Source: the human T2T-CHM13v2.0 reference genome, Homo sapiens
DNA: 64,000 nt
Direction: 5' to 3' (one strand)
NCBI RefSeq assembly: GCF_009914755.1
Contig: NC_060925.1
The translations under genes and the position numbers were made by a program. Within the stretch, counting starts at the first letter, position 1. Each line of letters opens with the position of its first letter. A model generated the notes under the pieces. The model did not search any database, was not told the origin of the DNA, and was given only the letters and a program-made list of their open reading frames with translations. Shown here piece by piece: positions 40,911 through 53,384 of the stretch.

Positions 40911-41748
40911 TTAACCTCTTAGTGTGCCTTGTAATTTTATGTTGAAAGCTGGATGTGATGGACTTGGTGCACGGAACCCTGGTAAACAGGCCTTTAGTTG
41001 TGTGGTGTTAAGGTGTAGTGGGAGGGGAAGCTTGCTATAGTCCTATGATTTGGTCTCATTCTTTTAGGGAACCTTTGTGTCTGGGCTGTGAGCCTCACAT
41101 TTGCTTCTCAGCTTCCCCCTCTCCACATCCTTAGGTGATACTAAAGTCTAGCAGAGGCTGGTTATTTCCTGTTCCTCAGATTGGACAGGCTCTGATAAAT
41201 GCTAGCAGTTTAGTCCCTGTTTAAATAGTTTCTCCCGATGGCAGGCCTTATTAATAAGAACACAGTGCCCTGGCTTCTTTCAAAATGGTTATTTTCCCCT
41301 CTCACTGTTGTAAGCATGAGGGGATATTTCTTCAATATTCACTGTGAGGATCTGGTAGAGCTCCAGGAGGTAAAACTCACACAAATATAGCTGCCACACC
41401 CCCATGACTGGGTCCCCCTGGAGTTTTTAATCTCTTAGGCTTGTCCACAGTGAGCCTCCAGGAATTTTCCACTACAGTTTAGGTTTTCCTACCCCCGTAG
41501 TGGATCTTCAGGGGTTTCTACTTACAGGCTTCTGCTCCAGTGAATTGTGATTCCTTGTATTCACCTGTCCAATTTGGGGGGCTGTGGCTTGTGACATTTC
41601 TCCAACAGATCCAAGGCAGATCTCTAAGAAGTGCTGATTTTTCATTTTATTCAGCTTTTTACTGTTAGGACGGAATAACGACTTTCAAGCTCCTTACATG
41701 CCTATTGGGAACTGGACGTCCGTTTATGAAGTGTTTGCTTTGCTGGCA

Positions 41749-41791
41749 AGAGTGTTTGCTGGTGAGAGTGTTTGCTGGTGAGAGTGTTTGC
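41749..41791. repeat. 16-bp tandem repeat (AGAGTGTTTGCTGGTG), about 2.7 copies
   Basis: Directly visible. Confidence 0.88.
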
Positions 41792-42928
41792 ACGTTGTGT
41801 TCTTGACTGTGGTTGGACAAGCGTCACCCCAGGGAGTCCAAGCCCCTCCTTTGTGCCCTCCCCATGCGTTGTCCCACCTACACCAGATGCAGGTATGTCA
41901 CTGTCTCCTCCAGGAACTCTGACTGGACGCATGCATGCAGTCAATTTGTGTGTTAAGTCGGCCTCCCTGTCATCTTTCCAGCTCCTGGATGAGTCATGAA
42001 GCCCTGAGCCACAGTTCTTTCATATGTAAAGTAAACATTACCCACACAATGGGGAGCATCTGAATAGAATAGTTAATATTCCTTTATTATAATAATAGGA
42101 AGCTAGGATACACACTTCTGTTGTGTGGATTAATGAGAGACTTCCTATGGATTATCTTCTATTAAAAACATACAAGTGTTCTGATGGTTTTCAGGCAAAT
42201 AGAGAGAGGGAGGGAAAAGCCATCTTCAGGTCATAGGCTGGATTTGACCATTGAGAGTCATACCTTACTTAAAATCATTTGAGTGCTCACATTGACTCTG
42301 CCTTTCATATCCTTAACTATTGCATACAGTTGGTTTTCTTATCTTCAAAGAGATCAGAATGTACTGATTTGCCTCTCTTTTGAGTTATTAGTAGTAATTT
42401 TTGATAAATGCACAATGTCTTTTTATTTTGCCAAAGGGCTTTCTTTCCTTTTTATGTTGAAACCATTTTTCTTACTAAACCAACATACACATAATTTTTT
42501 TGTTGTTAGAAATTATTTTCTTGTGATTGAAAAATACATTTTCCCTAAGCATGAGGAACACAGCTAAAGTTTTATGGTTTGCAAGAAACCGCTGGCCATG
42601 GCACTTCCCAGTGTGTCAGTGGTGTGTTCAGGAAGCTCAGTGGCTTCCTGTGTTCTGTGTGTTGGGCATGTAGCAGTTGTAGACAGATGGGCGGGAAGAC
42701 ATGACACCAAGCTGGATGCTTTTATGGCCACAGAACCCACTGACAGATGAAGGAGCCAGATCTAACAGGGCAGAGCAGTGATGTTCCAGGCCAACAGTCT
42801 CCAATTTTCTGATCGCACACTCTATGAACAGACGTATATTTAGACCACCTCCCACACACATATGTATTAAAATGCTTACTTAGGAATTACATGCATATTG
42901 CCGTACAGATTTATTGATACATTCTAAA

Positions 42929-43696
42929 TGAAATGGGATAGTTCCCTTGACCCCTTCACAGGACTCAGCCCACAGCTCTCAGCCCCTCATGGGAGGAGCA
43001 GCATGCAGGTGAGTGGGTGCAGGGGCTGGGGTGAGTGCTTTTGGGCATCGGCAGGAGTAGAACTCTGTGCAGCCCCCCGGCAGCATCTGGGTGGGGCTAC
43101 CTGTGACCCCTGGAGCCCTAGAGGGCATATGTTACAGTGTGCTCTTAGATTTGCTGTCCACAGATGACTTAAGTGTTAGCTCAGTGCAAGGTCAGTGTGA
43201 CAGCCTTTTGCATCCACCCTCTTGGTACCTGAATTCTCGTCCGGTGTCCAGGAAGAATCAAGTTGTGCAAACAAATTGAAGGATGGTGAATGTGGAGGAC
43301 TTTATTGAGCACTGGAAGTGGCTCTCAGTGGGATGGGAAGCTAGAAAGGGGGTTAAGTGGGAAGATGGTCTTCCCCTGGAGTCCTGCTGTCCCCAGCCAA
43401 ACTCTTCTCCAAAGTCCTGCTGTCAAGCTGTCCCTCTGAAATCAAGCTGATTCTCTCCAACATCCGGCTGTTTCTTCTCTCCTTCTCTATTGCTTTGCTG
43501 GTAGGGCCTGGGGTTTTTATGGGTACAAGATGGAGGGTGGGGCGGGCCGGGGTGGTTTTGGAAAAGGCAACATTCGGGCAGGAAAACAGAAATGCATGTT
43601 CTCACTTTGGGCCCTACGGTTCCAGGCTTGAGGGTGTGGCGTTTGCTAGGGACCACTCTCTCCTACCCAGTATTTCCCTGCCTCCTGTTTGTATCA
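42929..43696 (-). mobile_element. ERV1 solo LTR (LTR1/LTR27-group-like) with 4-bp TSD
   Basis: 768 bp, TG...CA ends, TSD TAAA at 42925-42928 and 43697-43700. Minus strand starts TGATACAAACAGGAGGCAGGGAAATACTGGGTAG; minus-strand AATAAA at 43301-43306. Subfamily uncertain. Confidence 0.85.
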
Positions 43697-44554
43697 TAAA
43701 GTGTATTTAAAATAAGCTATTATAAAGGATGAGGAAAATACTTGACAATGTCTGTCATTTTCTTTCTTTGCCCCAGAAGATTGTCTTATGTGGCCCCACT
43801 TTGGAGACTACCACTCTTGGGGCTGCCGTGGTCACAAAAACCCAGATTATTGTTTTAACTCTATTTCTTGCCTTGGTTCATCGTACTTTGGGGAAGAATC
43901 TGGAATTTGTATAAAGTATACCACCCAAGTGGCAGTCCCAGCTGGAAGTCATGGAATGGGGGCAAGAACAATAACCTGGGAGCACGGGATCTGGGTTCGG
44001 AACAAGGATGATGGCCGGGAGCTCTAGGCTCAGCTGTGCCACCAGTCCTGTGGCCTTAGACAAGTTAAGGAGTATTTGGGTTTTGTTTTCCTTGTCTGTA
44101 AAATTTAGATACATTCTTGCTCTAAAACTCTTTGATTCTGTTAACTGTGTCTTACCATTTCCCTTTAATCTCTATTCTCAGATTGGAATCACCAATTTTA
44201 TTTTCTTTTACATGCTGTAAAAATATATCTCTGTAGTTCCCCCCACCCTCATACCACATTTCAGGTCTACTGTGGATGAGTTTTTGCCCATAAACTCTGT
44301 GACCCTTGCTTCTATTTCAGCATCATGCTTTCTACTTGGAACCACTGAATTTTTTTTTTCAGTGTTGGTTTTTAAAATATTGTCTTCAAATAGAGTATGT
44401 ATATTAGTCAATATTTTGTATTTTGGAAATCTATCTGATAGAGAAGAATGTCATTTTTTCCCCTTGGTGTGGAAAAACTTCTGGATTGAAAAATAAGTTT
44501 CTCCCTGTAATTGTCTCTGAATCTGACCAGCCAGCCAGCTGGCAGAAGGACTGG

Positions 44555-44622
44555 CAAAGGAGCGGGGGCCGGAAGAGGAGCAGGGGCCAGTAGAGGAGTG
44601 GGGCCGGAAGAGGAGCAGGGGC
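44555..44622. repeat. Degenerate ~18-bp tandem repeat (GGGGCCGGAAGAGGAGCA)
   Basis: Three to four imperfect copies. Confidence 0.75.
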
Positions 44623-45225
44623 AGCTGTAGGGGCTAGAAGGCCGAGGTCTGCCTCTGAGGACAGCTGTTGATGAGGTTCTTGTTGGAGATCTCTCACCCT
44701 TTGGTCAACGTGGCCTTTTGGAGCAGATTTTCTCTTTGCCTTTATGAGACCTTAGTGTCATTCTTGTATTCCTTAGTAACCTTGTGTAAAGGGCTGAGGC
44801 TTAGGAGAGACGAGGGTAGGGAGAGAGTTCAGAAAGGAGAGTCCTAAGGCCGTCTGGATTCTCCTTGAGCCCCCTCCCCATCCTGGTCCTGGGCTGTGTC
44901 TTCATCACAGCCACCCCTCCCCGATGTGCTGTTGGTTCAGTTACCCCAGACAGTGGATTTCTCAGAACAGAAATTGCTAATGTTCACGTAAAGATGAATG
45001 AAATGGGAATGATGAAATGTGTTAAGAGAACTTAAATCCAGGGTGTGAATTGCCACTGATCCTAACAGAGACGTTTTAGCTTTTCTACTTCCCACCTGCC
45101 GGAAGAAAGATGAGATAAACCACTTGTGTTATTTGTTCAGCATTGCTGCAGCATCAGAGAGGAGTGTTCCCCGACCCTTTGTTTTTCTAGGTGACTTAAT
45201 GGGTTCTGGCATTGTGCATTTATCT

Positions 45226-45600
45226 TTTTAATTGTGGTAAAAGATGCGTAACACTAAAGTTGCCATTTTAAGCGTTGTTAAGCATACAGGTCCGTGGCAT
45301 TAAGCGCATTCACAGTGTTGTGCAGTCATCACCACCATCAATTAGAGCTGTTTTCATCTTGCAAAATGGAAACTGTACCCATGTAGTACCAATGTCCCAT
45401 TCCTCCCTCTCCCAGGCCCTGGTATTCCTGTTTCTATGAATTTGGTTCCTCTGGGTCCCTCATATGAGTGCAGCCTTACAGTACTTGTCCTTTATTTCTG
45501 GCTTGTTCACTTAGCATAACTCCTCCAGGTTCACCCATGTTGTGGGTCAGAATTCCCTTCCTGTGTCTCTGTGAACCATGTGCCCTGTGATACATGTCGT
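45226..45600 (-). mobile_element. L1MB-like 3' end fragment
   Basis: tttttaattgtggtaaaa...cattcacagtgttgtgcagtcatcaccaccatc...ttcacttagcataa. Confidence 0.8.
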
Positions 45601-47100
45601 GTGAGGTGGAACCGTGTGACACTTGTGGGGAGCGAAGTCTACGTAGTTCTTCATGAGCCAGGCCTGAGGCCAGTGATCTGCACAGTGTTGTCATAAGGAA
45701 AATAAGTGGCTGTCAGTGTCTTTAGGGAAGCATCTTTTAAAAAGCAAGCAATGTGTGTATTGTACGTTTTAGAAATTCAGATAAGCAAAAATAAGAAAAT
45801 TATATTCATACATAATTCTACCATCCAGAAACAACCACCATTCCTCTCCCACTGCGTGTTCCTCCATACTTGCCCTGGGCGTATACCCAGGTGGGTGTGC
45901 TGCCCCCATAGCTGAGACGAAGGGGTCTCCTCTGCATGGGATGCGCCAAGACCCACGCACTTGAAGCCTCAGGCCTTGCACAGTTTCTTAGAGTTGGCTC
46001 CTGGGACCAAATGCTCCTGAAGCATCTGGCCTCTCTGACAACAGGTCCTGAGTTTTATCCCACATTCAAAGTTCAATCTTTTCGTGAATTTCTATGAAAA
46101 TTCAGGTCATCCACAAGGTGACTAGCATTTCAGTAGATTTGGGGGATTTGCTGAGACGTCTCTCCACACACGCCCATCTCTCTTTCAGAGCCCCCTCTGG
46201 GCTCTGACTCCCTGATCGGGGGCCACCCTCCTCTCTCTTCTCTCCTGAAACGGGGCCTTTTTCTATGGGCAGTTCCCTACCATCTGCTTACAGCTAGATT
46301 TTTACAAATACAGCACTGTGGTGTACCATCTCTGCTTGGGCGATATATCGGGAACTCCTTTTCACATCCATAAACATCTCCTATAGCATTTTAATGGCAG
46401 CAACATCTCGACCGCCATCGGCTCATTGAACTTATTTTTTGTTGTGGGACATAAAGAGGGGTTCCAGCCAGTATCCTGAGAGGTAAATCTTTGTTTAAGT
46501 CCATGATTATTTTCTTGAAATGAATTCCTAAAAGTGAAATTGCAGGGTCAATGGCAATGCATGCATTTTTTAATATTAGTTGCCATTTTATCTTCCACAG
46601 GGGGCCTATTTTCTTACTCTAGCCAACATTAAAAAATCTTCATTGTCCTTCTCCTGTTCCAACAAGCAAGAAAGTGGAGACCAAGGGCTGAGATCAGTAG
46701 CCAGAAATGTAATGGAGCTGTTTAAAAATAGTTATCTTAAGCTTTATTAGTCGAAATACAGTGTCTAGAAGCAGTCACGTGACATCCAGTGTTCTCTGGG
46801 CTCCCACCCCATAGCTGAAGTGTTTAGTTCTCTTCAGAGCACAGAGTGTTCAGGGATGCTGATAAACTAGAGTTAGTCCGGCTGACAGTGACTCAGATTT
46901 TGAGGAAGCGGAAGCAGTGTCCGATGAGGAACATGTGCAGTAACTGTGGATGTTTTTACAGAAGGGCTTCCAAGGGGAAGTGGGATCATGATGTCTGAAT
47001 ATTTGAAAGGCTACCATATAAAAGAGGCTGAAGACTTTTTTTCTCTTTTTATTTGAGACTTCTGTTTCTTTTATTTGAGCAGAAATTAGAGGGAAGCATT

Positions 47101-47399
47101 TTTTTGTTTCTGTTGTTGTTTTGAGACAGGGTCTCACCAACCCAGGTTGGAGTGCAGTAGTGCAATCATAGCTCACTGCAGCCTCAAAGTCCTGGGCTTA
47201 AGCAGTCCTCCTGCTTCAGCCTCCCACACAGCTAGGACTACGGGTATGTGCCACTGTGCCAGACACATTTTTAAAATTTTTTGCAGAGACAGCATCTCGC
47301 TATGTTCCCCAGGCTGATCTCAAACTCCTGAGCCCAAGTGATCCCTATTCCTTGGCCTCCCAAAGTGCTGGGATCATAGGCGTGAGCCACCGTGCCCAT
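47101..47399 (-). mobile_element. Alu (AluJ-like)
   Basis: Full dimer, tcatagctcactgcagcctc. Confidence 0.92.
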
Positions 47400-47782
47400 T
47401 CAGGAAGCAGCGTTTGTTTTTATCTGAGGAAGCCCCCACCAACAGTTCTCGCTGTCCAGTGAAACAGCTGCCTTTTGAAACGGGGGGCTCCCCATGCTCA
47501 GCACCTCTTCAGCTGTGGCTGGACATTAGGGACTGTAATGGAAAGATTTTCACACCTGGAGAGATGATGTCCACAGTTCCTTCTGAGTCCAACAACAGGT
47601 GATGCCAGCGTTTCAGAGACAGGAACACCTGCTCTCAAAGTCAGAGACTCAGTCACTCCAGGGTGGAGACAGGACTGGCACTGCCACCTGAAAGGGGGCT
47701 GGGCAGCTGAGAACTGCACAGGCATGCAGGGTTGCTTTTTGGTGTTTCGCTTCAATTTTCCCCACTTAAAAGTGAGTTGTCG

Positions 47783-48000
47783 GGTGCAGTGGAGGGAACA
47801 CAGACTGGGCATAATTAGGACCTGGGTTTGAGTTGTGGTTCCATCGTCTTACAGCTGTGATATGTTGGATAAGTTTAACTTCTGTGCCTTAGTTTCCTAA
47901 CTTGTAAAGCAGAAACCCTCATATTTGACATGGTTATGGTATGGTGTGGACAAGGTCTTGTATGAAGTAGCAGACCAAGTAGTCACTGGTTAACAGATGC
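47783..48000 (+). mobile_element. MIR
   Basis: gacctgggtttgag...ctgtgccttagtttcctaacttgtaaa. Confidence 0.68.
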
Positions 48001-49040
48001 TGTCTTTCTCTCCTTCTGTCTTTTTCATCTGTTGGCTGGGATTCTGGGCAGTAGATTCACTTTGATATTATTACTGATATTTAGGATGAAAAAGAAGATT
48101 GGTCAAGACCATGTACAATAGGCTAAATTTATTATGGTTAGGTAGTACAACATATAACGAAAAATGAAGAATTTTCATTTCAAATTTGAAGAAGAGATAT
48201 AGGATGATTCATACATGAAGATTTATTGCACTTTATCAATTTGATACTGTTTTGTGGTATATTTTTAGTTGTTTTGATAGCACAGATAATTTTAAACAAA
48301 TGAAAACTATTTCCTCTATAACATCTGATATTTTCTTAGGTTTTCTTTTAAATAGCTTTTTATCACTTCTTTGGATTTCCTGGTTTTTTTGTCCTTAATC
48401 ATGGATGTGTGGGATTCCCTATTTCAAGAGACGGTTTCTCACAGGTGAAGAAAATTTCCTGTGATACCACATATCCAGTGACAAATAATAAAACATAATT
48501 TATGGGCCTTTGTAATTGAAATGGATCTATTTGTTTGTAATCCTGGCCTTGTCCTCGTCTTTTCTTTCATGGTGTAGCATTATGACCTTCTAGAGGAAGA
48601 ATATTAGGATTTTTTTTCTTTTAAGCACAGTAAAATTACATTCAATTTGAGATCAACCAAATAAATCTGAGAGCCTTGTCCTTTGATATTAAATACATTC
48701 TGTTTCCCTTCCTTGGCTGCTTTCCCAGCGGTTGCTCTGTTTTACGTGGGGTAGCTTTAGATTTGTTTAAGCTGTCTTTCCTGGGGAGGATTTGAATGAA
48801 GAGTTGCAGTACAGCAGTGAATACCTGTATAGAATCCTGAAGCCTCCTGCAGCCTGAATCCACTGAGACTCTCAGTTTCCTGCACAACGGGACCTGCATC
48901 CAGGAAGATACCTCCCCTCCCCTTGTACACCTGCGGGTGGTAGATGACAGCTCTTTGCCCAAGAGCATATGTCCTGATCTGCTGCTGAAGGACAGTCGCA
49001 ACTGAGAGTCCTCTAAAGACCGCATTTGTGCATGTGCCTG

Positions 49041-49118
49041 TGCGTGAGCCTCTGTGTGCTGGGGTTTGCATGCGCCTCTCTGTGCTGGGGTGTGCGTGCG
49101 CCTCTGTGTGCTGGGGTC
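49041..49118. repeat. 26-bp tandem repeat, 3 copies
   Basis: TGCRTGMGCCTCTSTGTGCTGGGGTN three times. Confidence 0.9.
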
Positions 49119-52100
49119 TTCATGTGCTTTGTGATGTTAATTCTTTGAAGGGTCAGTTTTATAGGTTTCTGTCATCTTTTTTTTTTCAAATATAAGGTTT
49201 AGTAAAAACAAAAATTTTAAGAAAGAAGTGGCATTGTTTAGAAAGGTAGCATTATTTTAAACCAACATTTATTTGAACAAGTCATCCAAATGCAAGTAGT
49301 CCCCTGATGACAAAAGCGTCTTTTTCAAAAAGTTCACTTGAAGATTGGTTATTAGGATCCCAGAATGAACTGTCCCATGGAAATGGTGTCCTGAGTGGCA
49401 CTTAGGAGCGCTGTCTGGCTGTGTCTCTGGCTGCAGCCAGGTCCTAGAGTGTCAGCCACAGAGCTGATGCTGGCGGGGCCCCGAGCAGCCTTCCCGGGGC
49501 CTCAGTGCCTATGCTCAGCCTCCACTCCCAGGCACCATGGACCGTTACAGTCGCCAGCCACTCTCTGCTCAAGGGACACTGTCCTGCTCTCCAGCCTCGA
49601 TAAGATGGGGAGAAAAGTTCCCAAAACTAAACCAGGAAAAAACAGATTCTGAAAAGGTAGCTATAACTCAGAGCCTGGTGGATGGGTTACGGGAGGGAGA
49701 AGAAATTCTGTACCCAAGGAAGTAGCAAAGCACAAAACCTTGTGCCCTGAATGATAGCGGGTGTGATGAAGAGTATCAGTGGGGAGGCATGCCGACTAAG
49801 TCAAAGATGGGGAAGAGAAAAAAGAAAAAGTTGCTGGGCCTGAAGTCTGTGTAACCCAGGGAGCAGTGGCCGGGTAGTGGCTAGTCAGGACAGTGGGCAG
49901 GGATGCGTCCTGCAGAATGGACCGGCAGACAGAAGTGGTGGGAAGTTCACCTCCCACACCAGCCTTAGGGCCCCCTTCTCCTGCAGGGGTCCAGAGCCAG
50001 GACTTGTCAGGCCACCGTAGGTCTGCTCTGTCTCTCCAGGTCCTGGCCCTTCTCTCCCAGAGGCAGAAGAATTAACCTGGGCCCATCCCCTCTCTGACTG
50101 TACACATTGTTTTTCATGGCTACAGGGATAAGAAGGGAAGGCCTTAGGGCCATCAGTCCAAAGGTAATGGACAAGGAATCTCCCTTCCTCTTGCGGTTAG
50201 CCCAGCCCTTCAAATGGACTGGCCTCCATTTGCCATCAGACATCAGATGCAGCTGCGAGGTGGCCAGGAGGGGAGGGACACTCTCCCCACAGTGCCACAG
50301 GCCTCTGGGAACAGTGTCAGAACAAGTTGCAGGAACGCCTGTAGGGCTTAGCAGGATGTTCATTTTCATTACTGAAGTGCACTGCTTAGCAGCTTCCGGG
50401 CTGGGCCCCCATCCACCATAGAGGGGAGCAGAGAGAGCTGTGGCAGCCTATTCCAGTGCGTGCGGAGGGGTCAGTGCTGAAGATGACAAGCATAGGTCTG
50501 TGGACACGAGGGGAGGAGAGAGAGCAAGAAGAGCATCCCAGCTCTGCGGGGAGAAGAAGTGGAGCCTGCCCGTTCCCATTGGGCCTCCATCTTCTCTGTC
50601 CAGACTTGATCTCCAAACTGAAAAGGGTACAGCAAACAAGGTTAGAAGGGTATTGAAGTCTGAGTCAGGTGGAGAGAGACAGGACTCATTTTAAACGGCT
50701 TTCAGTGAATGTGTCTCCAAGTCCGGACCAAGGTCAAGACAGGGAGGGCACAGCCAGAACCCGAGAGGTGGCTATAATTTCTGGGGAGTGACTTGGGAGT
50801 CACTGAGGTGCCGGCAGAGCAGGAACAAACACCATTGTCTCTGTGTTTGTTGCTGTGTTCAGTGGCAGTTAGATGTGGTTAAACTTGAGCTCTAGCCTTG
50901 GTGGAATTTCAAGTTATTAGACAGAAGAGTGGAAGCACTTATAAGGCCCCCTGGCAAGAGGGTTTTAGAAAAGCTGTGGTTGGGATAGAGCTCTGCGTGA
51001 GGGGGCAGGAAGAGGCTTGCAGAGAGAGGAGAAAGAAAAGAGAGAGGGTGCAGAGAGGCAGCAGCTAGGGACCCCAGGGAGGGCTCCTGGAGGAGGTAGC
51101 CACATTGAGAGGCAGCTCAGCTGGCAGGAGGGGTAGACACATACATCGCAGTGGCCCTGCCTTATCTGTAAGTATGCACAGCATCAGCGGTGCGGGCATG
51201 GCTAGGAAGACCAGCTTTAGTAAGAGTTCCCAGGTACACCTTCTGGGGTTGCCGATGGGACTGACAAAACAGTAATGAAGTATTAGCCAGGTTAGTGGAA
51301 GCATGGCAGCCTTCCTGAGAGGTGCTGTGCCCGCACCGCCACAGATTCCACCGTGGCTCCTCCTGGAGGAGGAGGGAGCGCTGGGGAGGCACCACTGGCC
51401 ACACAAGCCGGAGGTGAGCAGAGACCTGGACGTGAGTTTGGGGCTTGCAGGGGCTGGGCTGGCTTGGAGGTGACATGGCATTTGGCTGGGGACAATCCTC
51501 AGATAGGGGCAGGGCCTTCCTGAGCAGGGGGCAGATGTGCACTAGGCTGTACACACTTGCACCAGGGTCGTCAGCCTCCTCACTTTCGTCTCCTGTCTGA
51601 GCATCCTTCGTTCCACAGCCAGAGGCACATTCCTGGAGTGCAAAGTGGATCAGCACTCATTTACTCCAAATATCCTGTGCACTCTAGAATGTGGGGAGTA
51701 AGGTTCAAGTACTTCAGCCCAGGCTAGAGGATTTGCAGCCACTGGGCACAGGGCCCCCTCACCTCCTGCCTGCCGTCCCTCCCTACTGGGTCTCTTCTGT
51801 CTCTGGGTGTCTTCTGTTACATGCCTCCTGCATCTGGCAGGCTCCTGCTCACGCTTCAAGACCCAGCCCAAGTGCCCTTTCTCCGGGGCTTTCTTGGAAC
51901 CTTGGCTTGGTTATGGAGCTATCCCATCTCCTCCTCACTTTTGGATGGCGGGTCTTTCCAGTGAGGTGTTTGTTAATTTCCGTACATTTGCTTGGGCTTG
52001 GCATTTTCACTGTACTGGGCTGTTCTGATCAACTTGGGGAAAATAGAGGGTGGTGGACTGTTTTTCTCCAAAATTAAGACCCAAAATAAAATGTCTGTCT

Positions 52101-53339
52101 TATGAGGTCACCCATACATTCCTCAGGACGGCAAGTGCGAGACGTCCCTTTAGTATTCTTCCAACCCTAGGATTGAGAGAGGGTGGGTGTGGGTCTTGAC
52201 AGGAGATGGGAAGGTACAGCTCCACCTGGGGACACAGGCTTCTGCATTCTTGCCCCGTCCAGCACACAAGCTGCTGTCAGCAGGCAGGCCCCGCTTCTCC
52301 TCATCCCATCCCCACTGAGCAGGAGAAGTTCCGCATCTGAGTGGGAGCCCCCAGAGGCTTTGTGGCCCTCAATAGCCCTCTGGGTGATGCAGAGAGCAGG
52401 AGAAAATGGTAAAGGAAGGTGCCCATGGCATGCACAGGTGAGGGGCAGAGGGCTGGTGCTTCCCGTCTCTGCACAGTCCTGAGAACTGGGTTTCTCAGAC
52501 CCAGTACCGCCAAGGAATGTGAAAAACAGCTTAAGTGGAAAACCTAGGGACCTAACTGATCATGATATGGCTGATAGTAAAACTAATTTTCTCTTAGAGT
52601 AGGCCCCTGGCACTTCCATTTTGTAGTGGGCTGTGTCTGGACTATTCCTCTTTCAAGCACTAACACCCCTGGCTTCAGAGCAAGCCTCTCTTCCTCCACA
52701 CTCCACCTGACATGGGACCTGTCTCGCATCTCCCCCTGCCTGAAACAAGCAGAGAATGACATTGAGTTGTTATTTCCAGGTGTTTCTTGGGAGCAGCAGA
52801 TGGAAATGAAAGGATACAAGTGTAGACGTAGGTGAAATCATCCACTGGCCCCGCCTTCTCACTTCTCACAGCGCTATGGGGAGGGCGGGAGGTACTCGTG
52901 GGTAACAGCAGGGCATGAATTCAGTGCATCCGCAGGTCTGTACCCCTGCTCGCCTGGGCAGTGCCCACAGGACCCCCATAAAGAAAGCAGGGATTCCCTC
53001 TATGCTTCCTGCTCGCCCCCCCGGGGTCAGTTGCAGAGTGGGACACCCCTCATGGGTGTCACAGAGGGCCTGGTGGCTGGGTGGTTCCCAGCAGCCCTTT
53101 CTGGGTGAGGGCATAGGGGGTTACATCAGAGAGGCAGGGACATTCTGTTTGTGTTCGGTCATTTCTGCCTGTAAATATCAGTTAATTTTATAGTTAGTAG
53201 TGTAGGACTTTTGCTGTGATCATCTCATTTAGTTGTTATAACAACCCCAGAAGTGGAATATTATTTCCATTTTATACAAACCAGAGTGTCAGAGGGAGTC
53301 AGTGAGCCAGGCTCACCCTCATGCTTGGATTTTGTGCTC

Positions 53340-53384
53340 TGTGTGTGTGTGTGCATGCGTGCGTACATGCGTGCGTGTGTGTGT
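53340..53384. repeat. (GT)/(GC)-type simple repeat
   Basis: tgtgtgtgtgtgtgcatgcgtgcgtacatgcgtgcgtgtgtgtgt. Confidence 0.85.

Noticed and set aside
48642-49071. 127- and 104-aa minus-strand ORFs
   Set aside because: No recognisable homology or pseudogene hallmarks (poly-A, TSD).
50940-51540. CTCF-like motifs (CCAGGGGGC on the minus strand near 50946, GAGCAGGGGGCAG near 51522)
   Set aside because: Only partial matches; cannot be supported without PWM scoring or ChIP data.
51065-51656. 138- and 164-aa minus-strand ORFs
   Set aside because: GC-rich sequence, no recognisable domain or exon structure; expected by chance.
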